This document shows positions 1-10,091 of a stretch of 64,000 bases of DNA, one piece after another. Position numbers and translations under genes: made by a program. How positions within the stretch are numbered: position 1 is the first letter of the stretch; each line of letters opens with the position of its first letter. Source of the DNA: an uncultured Lachnospiraceae bacterium (GTDB lineage Bacteria; Bacillota; Clostridia; Lachnospirales; Lachnospiraceae); assembly GCA_900550285.1 (NCBI GenBank), contig URRW01000003.1:41478-105477 (forward strand), in the 5' to 3' direction. The notes under the pieces were generated by a model. The model did no database searches and was not told where the DNA came from. It worked only from the letters and a program-made list of their open reading frames with translations.

Positions 1-346
1 AAGGCAGCGGCGGCGGGGATGGAGCAGCCCGCAAAGATTGAGAAGCTCCGGGAATTGCTGTATTGTGACCTTTATGAAATAAGAGTGGAATAGGGAAACG
101 GCGAATGGTTCCGCCCTCCGGCAAAGCTGCGTGCTGCCGGAGGGCGGAGCTGTTTAAAGGGGCGTTTTTGAGTGAGATGATGTGGGGCAGGGGCTGGATT
201 CCCAAATGTTTCATTGATTGTTTCCTTTTCGCTTGACATATATAGATGACCTATATATAATCAAAATATATAGATGATCTATATACTATGATGTTTTCAC
301 ACACAGGCGATGCACGGCATTGTGTCACATGGAAAAGGAGGCAAAT

Positions 347-688
347 ATGGCACTGGAGAAAAGCCTTGTCTCGGGCAGCATGACGATGCTGCTTCTGGGA
401 CTGTTAAATGAAAAGGATATGTACGGCTACGAGATGATCGAGAGCCTGCGGCGCAAGTCGGAAAATGTATTTGAGCTGAAGGCGGGCACGCTTTATCCCT
501 TGCTTCACGGAATGGAGGAAAAAAATCTTCTGACGTCCTACGAGCAGGAGGCGGGCGGAAAGGTGCGCCGGTACTATCGCATTACGCGGGAAGGAAAGCG
601 CTGCCTGAAACAGAAAAAAGAGGATTGGGACACCTACGCAAAAGCGGTGGAGAGCGTGATCGGGGGTGCGGCATATGCAGGAATCTGA
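347..688 (+). CDS. PadR family transcriptional regulator
   Basis: Winged-HTH PadR-like sequence (LYPLLHGMEEKNLL...RYYRITREG). RBS aaaggagg precedes ATG 347; the earlier ATG at 320 has no RBS. Confidence 0.8.
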   Translation: MALEKSLVSGSMTMLLLGLLNEKDMYGYEMIESLRRKSENVFELKAGTLYPLLHGMEEKNLLTSYEQEAGGKVRRYYRITREGKRCLKQKKEDWDTYAKAVESVIGGAAYAGI

Positions 689-2006
689 ACCCCGCATCGC
701 GGAATACGTCAGGCTGTGCGTCGGGCAGATGCGGTGCCGCGCGATGCGCCCCGTCGTAGAAAAAGAGCTGCGGGCGCACATGGAGGATCAGGAGGAAGCG
801 TATCTGGCGGAAGGGAAAACGCCGGAGGAGGCAGAACGGCTGGCGGTGGCGCAGATGGGCGATCCGGTGGAAGCCGGGATGGGACTGGACCGGGTGCACC
901 GTCCGCGGATGGACTGGAAGGCGCTGGGGCTGATCGGCGCGCTGGCTTTGGCAGGGATCGTGCTTCAGTTTATATGGGCAGGACAGGGCGGAAATATGCA
1001 GACGGCACAGCGCTTCGCCATATGCACGGGGATCGGGCTTGTGCTGATGACCGGCGTGTGTTTTGCAGATTATACGGTGCTTGGAAAATATCCGAGGCTG
1101 TCATGGTGCGTTATGACCGCGCTGGCGGCTGCCGCCTATCTGGGAGCAGAGCGGATAAACGGCGCAGGCAGGGCGGGATACATGGTCATGCTGATGGTTC
1201 CGTGCTTTGCCGGGCTCGTATGGTTTTACCGCCGCCAGAGGTGGATCGGGATCGGAAAGGCGCTGGGCTGGCTGTTTTTGTCATGGGCGCTGCTGCTTGT
1301 GTGCGGCGGTCTGCAGGACGGACTGATGGTAAAAATATGGCTGTGCGGCTGCGTCGCAGTGTTGGCGTTCGCGGTCGGAAAGGGCTGGTACGGCGTCAAA
1401 AAAGGCAAGGCAGCGCTGGTTCTTTTGATCCCGGCTGTTTTGGCAGGCTTTTATATCGGAAAACTGTTTTTGCAGGGGGCGACATATCAGACGGAGCGGT
1501 TAAAGGCGCTGTTTGGGATGATGGCGGGCAAGGCGGTTCCGGAGCAAATGAATTATCAGTGGCTGGCGGTGCGGGAGACGCTGGGGCAGCTTCGGCTTAC
1601 CGGCGCGGCTGCTGTGAAGGCGACCGGAGCAGTGCTTCCGGAAAATGAAAATTATGCGCTCCTGTGGATCTCAGAAAATTACGGGATCATTGCAGCCGTG
1701 ATTGTGCTGGCGGTTCTGGCAGCGCTGGCAGGATTTTTGCTTTGGAGGGTTGGGAAGGAGAAAAACCGTCTGGGCGCACTGGCGGGAATCGGCTGTATCT
1801 ATGTGTTTGCAGTATCGGCGGCGGTTCACGGGCTGGTAAATTTCGGGGTATTTCTGCCGGTTGACTGCGCGCTGCCGTTTCTTTCGATGAACGGCAGGCA
1901 GTGTATCGTGCTGTATGGGCTGATGGGTGTCTGGCTGTCCGTATACCGGGGAAGCTATATCCGCCCGGAGCCGTCCGGGGCGCGTGCGGCGGTTTCCGGA
2001 AAATAG
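675..2006 (+). CDS. Membrane protein: PadR-associated N-terminal cytoplasmic domain fused to an FtsW/RodA/SpoVE (SEDS)-like polytopic domain
   Basis: Overlaps the PadR stop by 14 nt (translational coupling). C-terminal region matches SEDS motifs (NYALLWISENYGIIAAV ~ DFIFAVIAEELG; FLPVDCALPFLSMNGRQ ~ LPTKGLTLPFISYGGSS, degenerate). Roughly 10 predicted TM helices. Confidence 0.6.
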   Translation: MQESEPRIAEYVRLCVGQMRCRAMRPVVEKELRAHMEDQEEAYLAEGKTPEEAERLAVAQMGDPVEAGMGLDRVHRPRMDWKALGLIGALALAGIVLQFIWAGQGGNMQTAQRFAICTGIGLVLMTGVCFADYTVLGKYPRLSWCVMTALAAAAYLGAERINGAGRAGYMVMLMVPCFAGLVWFYRRQRWIGIGKALGWLFLSWALLLVCGGLQDGLMVKIWLCGCVAVLAFAVGKGWYGVKKGKAALVLLIPAVLAGFYIGKLFLQGATYQTERLKALFGMMAGKAVPEQMNYQWLAVRETLGQLRLTGAAAVKATGAVLPENENYALLWISENYGIIAAVIVLAVLAALAGFLLWRVGKEKNRLGALAGIGCIYVFAVSAAVHGLVNFGVFLPVDCALPFLSMNGRQCIVLYGLMGVWLSVYRGSYIRPEPSGARAAVSGK

Positions 2007-2197
2007 GGGCTGAAACTTTTGCAAAAGGGCGCGGCAGCGGCGGCGCTGTCCATGAAAAGACCTATGAAAAATCCACGAAAAATTGATGAAAAAGTGCTTG
2101 CAGGAAGAATAAAGCATGGTATAATAAAAATACTGCGGCGCGGCAGAGTAAAAGAAATCTGCACGCGCCCGCTCCCGAAAAATAAGGAGGACGAATC

Positions 2198-4684
2198 ATG
2201 CTGAAGAAAGCACCGATGAAGTTTGATAAAGAGCTTTTCAAGGGCAGCGTTATAAACAATATCAAGACGCTGTACCGCAGGACGCTGGAGGAAGCGACTC
2301 CCCAGCAGGTATTTCAGGCTGTTTCCTATGCGATCAAGGACGTGATCGTGGACAACTGGATGATAACCCAGAAGGAATATGAGAAAAAAGACCCCAAGAT
2401 GGTTTACTATATGTCGATGGAATTTCTGATGGGGCGCGCTCTGGGCAATAACCTGATCAACCTTTGCGCATACAGCGAGGTTCAGGAGGCGCTGGACGAG
2501 CTGGGGCTGGATCTGAATCTGGTAGAGGACCAGGAGCCCGATCCGGCGCTTGGAAACGGCGGTCTGGGACGTCTGGCGGCATGCTTCCTGGATTCCCTTG
2601 CAACCCTGAACTATGCGGCATACGGCTGCGGCATCCGCTACCGTTACGGCATGTTCAAGCAGGAGATCCGGGACGGTTTTCAGGTGGAAGTGCCGGACAA
2701 CTGGCTTGCAGACGGCTATCCGTTTGAGCTGCGCCGTCCCGAGTATGCCAAGGAAGTTAAATTCGGCGGCTGGGTAAGCTCCTATGTGGATGAAAACGGA
2801 CGCACTGTTTTTAAGCAGGAAGGCTATCAGTCCGTTAAGGCGATCCCTTATGATATGCCGATCGTGGGCTACGGAAACGGCATCGTGAACACCCTGCGTA
2901 TCTGGGATGCGGAGCCGGTGGAGTGCTTCAGCCTGGATTCCTTTGACAAGGGCGACTATCAGAAGGCGGTGGAGCAGGAGAATCTGGCGCGCAATATCGT
3001 CGAGGTGCTGTATCCCAACGACAATCATTACGCCGGAAAAGAGCTCCGCTTAAAACAGCAGTATTTCTTCATTTCCGCATCCGTACAGGAGGCGGTGGAC
3101 AAATACATGCGTACCCACAAGGATCTGAAGAAGTTCCATGAGAAAGTGGCGTTCCAGTTAAACGACACCCATCCTACGGTTGCGGTTGCCGAGCTGATGC
3201 GCGTCCTGATGGACGACTATTATCTGACATGGGAAGAGGCATGGGACGTGACGACAAAGACCTGCGCGTATACGAACCATACGATCATGTCCGAGGCGCT
3301 GGAAAAATGGCCGATCGAGCTGTTCTCCCGCCTGCTTCCCAGAATCTATCAGATCGTGGAAGAGATCAACAGAAGATTTGTACTGCAGATCCAGCAGATG
3401 TATCCGGGCAATCAGGAGAAGATCCGCAAAATGGCGATCATTTATGACGGACAGGTTAAAATGGCGCATCTGGCGATCGTGGGAGGCCATTCCGTCAACG
3501 GCGTGGCACGCCTGCATACAGAGATCCTGAAGAATCAGGAGCTGAAGGATTTTTATGAAATGATGCCGGATAAGTTTACGAACAAGACAAACGGTATCAC
3601 GCAGAGAAGATTTTTGCTTCATGCCAACCCGCTTTTGGCAGACTGGGTGACGGATCATGTGGGCGACGAGTGGATCACCGATCTTCCGGCTCTTTCCCGC
3701 CTGCGCGTTTATGCGGACGACGAGAAGGCGCAGCAGGAATTTATGAACATCAAGTACCGCAATAAGGTGCGCCTTGCAAAATATATCCGCGAGCATAACG
3801 GCATCGAGGTCGATCCCAGATCTATTTTTGACGTGCAGGTAAAGCGTCTGCACGAGTATAAGCGTCAGCTTTTAAATATCCTTCACATCATGTATCTGTA
3901 CAATGAGCTGAAGGACCATCCGGATATGGAGTTCTATCCCAGAACCTTCATCTTCGGCGCGAAGGCGGCGGCAGGCTACCGCAATGCCAAGCTGACGATC
4001 AAGCTGATCAACAGCGTGGCTGATGTGATCAACAACGATCCCGTTGTAAACGGCAGGATCAAAGTCGTATTTATCGAGAACTACCGCGTTTCCAATGCGG
4101 AATGGATCTTTGCGGCGGCGGATGTTTCCGAACAGATTTCCACAGCCAGCAAGGAGGCGTCCGGCACAGGCAACATGAAGTTTATGTTAAACGGCGCGCT
4201 GACGCTTGGAACAATGGACGGTGCAAACGTGGAGATCGTGGAAGAGGTCGGCAAGGAAAACGCCTTCATCTTCGGACTGAGTGCGGATCAGGTAATCCAG
4301 TACGAAAACTTTGGCGGCTACAACCCGATGGATATTTTCAACAACGATCAGGACATCCGCCGCGTGCTGATGCAGCTCATCAACGGAACCTATTCTGCAA
4401 ACGATACAGAGCTGTTCCGCCCGCTGTACAACTCCCTGCTCAACACCCAGAGCACATCCAAAGCGGACACCTATTTCATCCTGGCTGACTTTAAGGCTTA
4501 TGCGGAAGCACAGCGCAGGGTGGAGGCGGCTTACCGCGATGAGAAGAACTGGGCAAAGAGCGCGATCTTGAATGTTGCGAGCGCAGGAAAATTCAGCTCC
4601 GACCGCACGATCGAGGAATATGTGGAGGACATCTGGCATCTGGATAAGGTAATGCTTCCCCAGAAGCCTGAAAAGACAAAATAA
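2198..4684 (+). CDS. glgP: Glycogen/maltodextrin phosphorylase
   Basis: 828 aa. PLP-lysine motif EASGTGNMKFMLNGALTLGTMDGANVE and N-terminal phosphorylase signature YYMSMEFLMGRALGNNLINL. RBS aaggagg. Confidence 0.95.
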   Translation: MLKKAPMKFDKELFKGSVINNIKTLYRRTLEEATPQQVFQAVSYAIKDVIVDNWMITQKEYEKKDPKMVYYMSMEFLMGRALGNNLINLCAYSEVQEALDELGLDLNLVEDQEPDPALGNGGLGRLAACFLDSLATLNYAAYGCGIRYRYGMFKQEIRDGFQVEVPDNWLADGYPFELRRPEYAKEVKFGGWVSSYVDENGRTVFKQEGYQSVKAIPYDMPIVGYGNGIVNTLRIWDAEPVECFSLDSFDKGDYQKAVEQENLARNIVEVLYPNDNHYAGKELRLKQQYFFISASVQEAVDKYMRTHKDLKKFHEKVAFQLNDTHPTVAVAELMRVLMDDYYLTWEEAWDVTTKTCAYTNHTIMSEALEKWPIELFSRLLPRIYQIVEEINRRFVLQIQQMYPGNQEKIRKMAIIYDGQVKMAHLAIVGGHSVNGVARLHTEILKNQELKDFYEMMPDKFTNKTNGITQRRFLLHANPLLADWVTDHVGDEWITDLPALSRLRVYADDEKAQQEFMNIKYRNKVRLAKYIREHNGIEVDPRSIFDVQVKRLHEYKRQLLNILHIMYLYNELKDHPDMEFYPRTFIFGAKAAAGYRNAKLTIKLINSVADVINNDPVVNGRIKVVFIENYRVSNAEWIFAAADVSEQISTASKEASGTGNMKFMLNGALTLGTMDGANVEIVEEVGKENAFIFGLSADQVIQYENFGGYNPMDIFNNDQDIRRVLMQLINGTYSANDTELFRPLYNSLLNTQSTSKADTYFILADFKAYAEAQRRVEAAYRDEKNWAKSAILNVASAGKFSSDRTIEEYVEDIWHLDKVMLPQKPEKTK

Positions 4685-4790
4685 GCTCAGAAATAAAACG
4701 GCATAGATTGTTTCCGGGAAACGGCACGGCTTCGGCTGCGCCGTTTCTTTGTGGTGTCTGTCAGAAAGTGCGGCTGTAAGGCTTCCATTT

Positions 4791-5164
4791 TTACTCCCAC
4801 GGAAGCTTCCAGACCGTTTCCTTACGCGCCATGGCGGCGTACTGGGACGGCGGCATGCCTGTAAGCTGCTTGAACCGGCGTGAAAAATAGTGCACGTCGG
4901 AATAGCCGAGCGCGTCCGCGATCTGCGAAATATTTAAGTCCCGGCGGACAAGGAGCTGCTTTGCCGCAGAGATTTTAAAGAGGGAAAAGCTGTGCATGAC
5001 GCCGTTTCCGGTGTGCGCAAGAAAAAGGCGTTCCAGCTGGCTGCGTCCGATCCGGTTGTCCCGGCAGATGCGGGCGACGGAAAGCGGTTCGCGGATATGG
5101 GCAAAAAGATAGGTGCAGACGCTCAGATAAACGAGATTGTCCGGGAAAGAAGAAGGGGATTTCA
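4791..5164 (-). CDS. AraC-family HTH-only transcriptional regulator (short form)
   Basis: C-terminal AraC-type double HTH (ISQIADALGYSDVHYFSRRFKQLTGMPPSQY). The long ORF N-terminus is implausible; internal ATG 5164 (MKSPSSF...) chosen. Confidence 0.5.
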
Positions 5165-5422
5165 TGAAAGGACTCCTTTGGAAACATGTATTGAGATTGT
5201 TCTGAAATATTGGATACAGCGCAGAAAACAGGTAAAAACGTATACGGATACTGTTTTTATAGTACCAGAGCCTTGTCAGAAAAGACAGCAGGCGGCGGTT
5301 TTGAAAAAAATAAGATGTACAAACCACCCGAAAGGATGTTATACTGGAATCTAGCAAAAAGCGCTGCGGGGGCGCGGATGTGTGCCGCTGCGCGCAGGAT
5401 TTTTACATTGGAGGGTAAGTAT

Positions 5423-6538
5423 ATGGGAAACTTGAATATGGAAGAGATCAGGGAAAAGGTAGCGTCGCAGTTTGCGATGGAGGGAACCTTGAAGGAGGTG
5501 GCTGTTTTTGGGAACGGCCATATCAACGACACGCTGCGCGCGACATGCGAACTGCCGGAGGGGGGCACAAAGCGCTACATCGTGCAGCGGATGAACGACG
5601 GCATTTTCAAAAATCCGGACGAGCTGATGGAAAATGTTATGAACGTCACTTCTTTTCTGCGTAAAAAGATCATCGCGGCGGGCGGCGATCCCGACCGTGA
5701 GACGTTGAATGTGATCCCGACAAAGGATGGGAAGAACTATCTGACGGACGAAAACGGGGATTTCTGGAGATGCTATATTTTTATTGAGGATGCGACGAGC
5801 TTCGATCAGGTGGAGAAGCCGGAGGATTTTTACAACAGCGCGGTGGCGTTCGGTAATTTCCAGAGGCTTCTGGCGGATTATCCGGCGGCGACCCTGCATG
5901 AGACGATCAAAAATTTCCACAATACCGTAAGCCGCTTTGCGGACTTTAAAAAGGCTGTGGAGGAGGACGTGGCGGGACGCGCAAAGGACGTTCAGAAAGA
6001 GATTCAGTTCGTACTCGACAGGGAGGCGGACTGCCATGTGATCTGCGACGCGCTGGCAAAGGGTGAGATCCCGCTGCGCGTTACCCACAACGACACGAAG
6101 CTGAACAATATCATGATCGACAACCGTACCGGAAAGGGGCTGTGCGTCATCGACCTGGATACGGTAATGCCGGGCTCTTCCCTGTATGATTACGGCGATT
6201 CCATCCGCTTTGGCGCGAGCACGGGCGCGGAGGACGAGCAGAATCTGGATCTGATCTGGTGCGATCTGGAGCTGTTTGAGATTTATACAAAGGGCTATGT
6301 GGAGGGCTGCGGCGGCAGCCTGACTGAAAAAGAGATCCGCATGATGCCGATGGGTGCAAAGCTCATGACCTTAGAGTGCGGCATGCGTTTTCTGGCGGAT
6401 CATTTACAGAATGACATTTATTACAAGATTCATCGTGAAAACCACAACTTGGACCGCGCAAGGACGCAGTTTAAGCTGGTTGCCGATATGGAGGCAAAAT
6501 GGGATAAGATGAATGAGATCGTGGAGAAATATATCTGA
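5423..6538 (+). CDS. APH-fold phosphotransferase (N-acetylhexosamine-kinase NahK-like / aminoglycoside phosphotransferase family)
   Basis: Brenner-type catalytic motif HNDTKLNN and DLD metal-binding motif. RBS ggaggg before ATG 5423; upstream part of the long ORF has no support. Confidence 0.6.
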   Translation: MGNLNMEEIREKVASQFAMEGTLKEVAVFGNGHINDTLRATCELPEGGTKRYIVQRMNDGIFKNPDELMENVMNVTSFLRKKIIAAGGDPDRETLNVIPTKDGKNYLTDENGDFWRCYIFIEDATSFDQVEKPEDFYNSAVAFGNFQRLLADYPAATLHETIKNFHNTVSRFADFKKAVEEDVAGRAKDVQKEIQFVLDREADCHVICDALAKGEIPLRVTHNDTKLNNIMIDNRTGKGLCVIDLDTVMPGSSLYDYGDSIRFGASTGAEDEQNLDLIWCDLELFEIYTKGYVEGCGGSLTEKEIRMMPMGAKLMTLECGMRFLADHLQNDIYYKIHRENHNLDRARTQFKLVADMEAKWDKMNEIVEKYI

Positions 6539-7650
6539 TGCCTGCAATACATGTGATGATCAAGCCCGCTTCCGGGCTTTGCAATATGCGCTGCCGCTAC
6601 TGCTTTTACGCGGACGAGATGGAAAACCGCAGTCAGGCGTCCTACGGGATCATGAGCATTGAAACGCTGGAAAACGTGATCCGCGAGACGCTTGCCTTTG
6701 CGGAGGGAAGCTGCACCATCGCCTTTCAGGGCGGGGAGCCGACGCTGGCGGGGCTGGATTTTTACCGGGAATGTATCCGGCTGGAACAAAAATACAATAC
6801 CAAAAATGTCAGGATCGACCATGCGCTGCAGACCAACGGCTATGTGCTGGATGAGGAATGGTGCCGCTTTTTTGCAAAAAACCGCTTCCTGATCGGGCTG
6901 TCCGTGGACGGGATCAAGGCGACCCACGACTGCTACCGCAAGGACGCGGACGGGCAGGATACGTATTTTAGGATTCTGGAAGCGGCAAAGAAGCTGGAAG
7001 CAGCGGGCGTTGATTTTAACGTGCTGACCGTGGTAAACGGAAAGACGGCGCCGAAGATCCGCCGGATTTATGAGAATTATAAAAAGCTGGGCTTTTCGTG
7101 GCAGCAGTATATCGCCTGTCTCGACCCGATCGGGGAAGAGCAGGGGCAGCAGGAATATTCCCTGACGCCGGAGGCTTACGGAAAGTTTCTGATCGAGCTG
7201 TTTGATCTGTGGGAGATGGATTTGAGGCAGGGAAAGCAGCCCTATATCCGGCAGTTTGAAAATTATGTTGGGATTTTGATGGGGCACTATCCGGAATCCT
7301 GCGAGCAGCGCGGCGTGTGCAGCTTCCAGAATATCGTGGAGGCGGACGGCAGCGTGTATCCCTGCGACTTTTATGTGCTGGATCAGTGGCGGCTTGGCAA
7401 TCTGAACGAGGACAGCTTTGAGACGATCCACAAAAGGCGGCTGGAAAGCGGCTTCGTGGAGGCTTCCTACAATCACACGGAGGAATGTAAGGGCTGCCGC
7501 TACTTTATGATCTGCCGGGGCGGCTGCCGCAGACACCGGGAGCAGACCGGGGACCGGCCGGGCGAAAACCATTTCTGCGCATCGTACCGGATGTTTTTTG
7601 ACGCGTGCCTGCCAAGGCTTAAGGACATCGCGCGAAGCTGCATGAGGTAA
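6538..7650 (+). CDS. Anaerobic sulfatase-maturating enzyme (radical SAM/SPASM, anSME family)
   Basis: N-terminus [20 protein letters not shown] (CxxxCxxC) typical of anSME; C-terminal SPASM cysteines (CDFY..., [14 protein letters not shown]). ATG overlaps the upstream stop (ATGA coupling). Confidence 0.85.
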   Translation: MPAIHVMIKPASGLCNMRCRYCFYADEMENRSQASYGIMSIETLENVIRETLAFAEGSCTIAFQGGEPTLAGLDFYRECIRLEQKYNTKNVRIDHALQTNGYVLDEEWCRFFAKNRFLIGLSVDGIKATHDCYRKDADGQDTYFRILEAAKKLEAAGVDFNVLTVVNGKTAPKIRRIYENYKKLGFSWQQYIACLDPIGEEQGQQEYSLTPEAYGKFLIELFDLWEMDLRQGKQPYIRQFENYVGILMGHYPESCEQRGVCSFQNIVEADGSVYPCDFYVLDQWRLGNLNEDSFETIHKRRLESGFVEASYNHTEECKGCRYFMICRGGCRRHREQTGDRPGENHFCASYRMFFDACLPRLKDIARSCMR

Positions 7651-7663
7651 AGGAGGTATTTTC

Positions 7664-9958
7664 ATGGTTACATTGGCAAACGGCGGCGCATGGCTGATAA
7701 ACGGCGCCGGACTGATTTTGGACGGGGCAGAGGCTCCGGCGGCTGTGAAGGCGGCGCTGGGGCACTGCGTTGACAAAGAAGAGGCAAAAAAACAGACGAT
7801 CGCATACGGTATTCTGGAAAACCATAATACCTCCGGCAGCATGGAAAAGCTGAAGATCAAGTTCGACAAGCTGACGAGCCACGACATCACGTTCGTGGGC
7901 ATCATCCAGACGGCGCGGGCGTCGGGGCTGACGAAATTCCCGATCCCCTATGTGCTTACAAACTGCCACAATTCCCTGTGCGCGGTGGGCGGCACGATCA
8001 ACGAGGACGATCATTTATTCGGTCTGACCTGCGCGAAAAAATACGGCGGCGTTTATGTTCCCCCGCATCAGGCGGTCATCCATCAGTTTGCCCGCGAGAT
8101 GCTTGCAGGCGGCGGCAGGATGATCCTTGGCTCCGATTCCCACACCCGCTACGGCGCGCTCGGCACGATGGCGATGGGCGAGGGCGGCCCGGAGCTTGTA
8201 AAGCAGCTGTTAAACCAGACCTATGACATCAATATGCCGGAGGTGGTCGGCGTTTATCTGACCGGGAAGCCGGAAAAGGGCGTCGGCCCGCAGGACGTGG
8301 CGCTGGCGATCATCGGCGCGGTGTTTGCAAACGGCTATGTCAAAAATAAAGTGATGGAATTTGTCGGCCCCGGCGTGGCGAATTTAAGCGCCGATTTCAG
8401 GATCGGCATCGACGTGATGACGACCGAAACAACCTGCCTGTCCTCCATCTGGCAGACAGATGATGAGATCCGCGATTTTTATGAGATCCATGGAAGGACA
8501 GAGGACTATAAAGAGTTAAAGCCCGGGGAGGCAGCCTATTACGACGGGCTGATCACGGTGGATCTGTCAAAGGTAAAGCCGATGATCGCGATGCCGTTCC
8601 ACCCGAGCAACACCTACACGATCGAGGAGCTGAACGCAAATCTGACGGATATTCTGGCGGATGTGGAGAAAAAGGCGCTTGTAAGCCTTGACAACGCCGT
8701 GGAATACAGCCTGAAGGATAAGGTGCGCGGCGGCAGGTTTTATGTGGATCAGGGCATCATCGCGGGCTGCGCCGGCGGCGGCTTTGAAAATATATGCGCG
8801 GCGGCTGATATTTTAAGGGGAAGCAACATCGGAAACGACGCCTTTACCTTAAGCGTATACCCGGCCTCCATGCCCGTTTATATGGAGCTGGTGAAAAATG
8901 GCTGCGCGGCTGCGCTGATGGAGACGGGCGCAGTCATGAAAACGGCGTTCTGCGGCCCTTGCTTCGGCGCGGGCGATACGCCGGCAAACAACGCCTTTTC
9001 CATCCGGCATTCCACGAGAAACTTCCCGAACCGCGAGGGCTCCAAGCTGCAGAACGGCCAGATCGCTTCCGTGGCGCTCATGGACGCGCGTTCCATCGCG
9101 GCGACGGCGGCAAATCAGGGGATTTTGACGCCCGCGACGGACTTTGACGGGCCGATCGGAAAATATAAATATCATTTTGACGCAAAGATTTACCGGAACC
9201 GGGTATTTGACTCCCACGGGGAGGCGGATCCGTCCGTGGACATCCATTTTGGCCCCAACATCAAGGACTGGCCGAGGATGTGCGCGCTTCCGGACGACCT
9301 CGTTTTACAGGTGGTTTCCGAGATCCACGATCCGGTGACGACGACGGACGAGCTGATCCCCTCCGGCGAGACGAGCTCGTACCGCTCCAACCCGCTGGGG
9401 CTTGCGGAATTTACCCTTTCCCGCAAGGATCCCGCCTATGTGGGGCTGGCAAAGGAGATTCAGAAGGCGCAGAAGGCGCTGGAAGAGGGAGAAGATCCGC
9501 TGGCGGCAAAAAAAGAGCTGGTTCCGGTCATGGAGCAGATTTGGGCGCAGTTTCCGCAGGCAAAGGAAGGAAGCCTTGGCTTTGGCTCGACGATCTTTGC
9601 GGTAAAGCCTGGGGATGGCTCTGCGAGGGAGCAGGCGGCAAGCTGCCAGAAGGTGCTGGGAGGCTGGGCGAATATCGCCAACGAATATGCGACAAAGCGC
9701 TACCGTTCCAACCTGATCAACTGGGGCATGCTCCCGTTTGTGATCGAAAAGGGCGAGCTGCCGTTCCAGAACCATGATTATCTGTTTTTCCCCAATATCC
9801 GCCGCGCGGTAGAGGAAAAGGCGGAGAAGATCATGGGCTATCAGGTGTCTGCAGCGGGCTTGAAGCCGTTTACAGTAACGCTGGGCGAGCTGACGGACGA
9901 GGAGCGCAGCATTATTTTGAAAGGCTGTCTCATCAATTACAACAGAGTGGATGCGTGA
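7664..9958 (+). CDS. Aconitase-family hydro-lyase (aconitate hydratase-like)
   Basis: 764 aa. GSDSHT motif, RNF-type motif ([12 protein letters not shown]), FCGPCFGAG and a C-terminal swivel-like domain. Strong RBS aaggagg. Confidence 0.65.
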   Translation: MVTLANGGAWLINGAGLILDGAEAPAAVKAALGHCVDKEEAKKQTIAYGILENHNTSGSMEKLKIKFDKLTSHDITFVGIIQTARASGLTKFPIPYVLTNCHNSLCAVGGTINEDDHLFGLTCAKKYGGVYVPPHQAVIHQFAREMLAGGGRMILGSDSHTRYGALGTMAMGEGGPELVKQLLNQTYDINMPEVVGVYLTGKPEKGVGPQDVALAIIGAVFANGYVKNKVMEFVGPGVANLSADFRIGIDVMTTETTCLSSIWQTDDEIRDFYEIHGRTEDYKELKPGEAAYYDGLITVDLSKVKPMIAMPFHPSNTYTIEELNANLTDILADVEKKALVSLDNAVEYSLKDKVRGGRFYVDQGIIAGCAGGGFENICAAADILRGSNIGNDAFTLSVYPASMPVYMELVKNGCAAALMETGAVMKTAFCGPCFGAGDTPANNAFSIRHSTRNFPNREGSKLQNGQIASVALMDARSIAATAANQGILTPATDFDGPIGKYKYHFDAKIYRNRVFDSHGEADPSVDIHFGPNIKDWPRMCALPDDLVLQVVSEIHDPVTTTDELIPSGETSSYRSNPLGLAEFTLSRKDPAYVGLAKEIQKAQKALEEGEDPLAAKKELVPVMEQIWAQFPQAKEGSLGFGSTIFAVKPGDGSAREQAASCQKVLGGWANIANEYATKRYRSNLINWGMLPFVIEKGELPFQNHDYLFFPNIRRAVEEKAEKIMGYQVSAAGLKPFTVTLGELTDEERSIILKGCLINYNRVDA

Positions 9959-10021
9959 CGCTTCTGCTTTACAGGATAGCGAGTGCCCTTGTACACTGAG
10001 GGGAAACAGAAGCCGCGGCAG

Positions 10022-10051
10022 CGCATAAGGCTGTCCGCCCTTTCATACAAT
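10022..10051 (+). promoter_or_regulatory. Candidate sigmaE-type (mother-cell) promoter upstream of spoIID
   Basis: -10 CATACAAT (matches the sigmaE -10 consensus CATACA-T) with a partial -35-like GCATAAG 13-14 nt upstream. Confidence 0.4.
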
Positions 10052-10091
10052 GTCTGTGAACATCCAATGGCAGGGTATGGGAGGGATAGAC

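Noticed and set aside
716-1648. 310-aa Gly/Arg-rich ORF on the + strand
   Set aside because: Lies entirely inside the SEDS-fusion gene in another frame. Its composition is the typical out-of-frame artefact of GC-rich coding DNA.
1955-3028. 357-aa minus-strand ORF
   Set aside because: Antisense to the well-supported glgP gene; no RBS or family resemblance.
6430-7905. 491-aa minus-strand ORF spanning the kinase/anSME/aconitase region
   Set aside because: Antisense to three strongly supported + strand genes; low-complexity R/A/P-rich translation.
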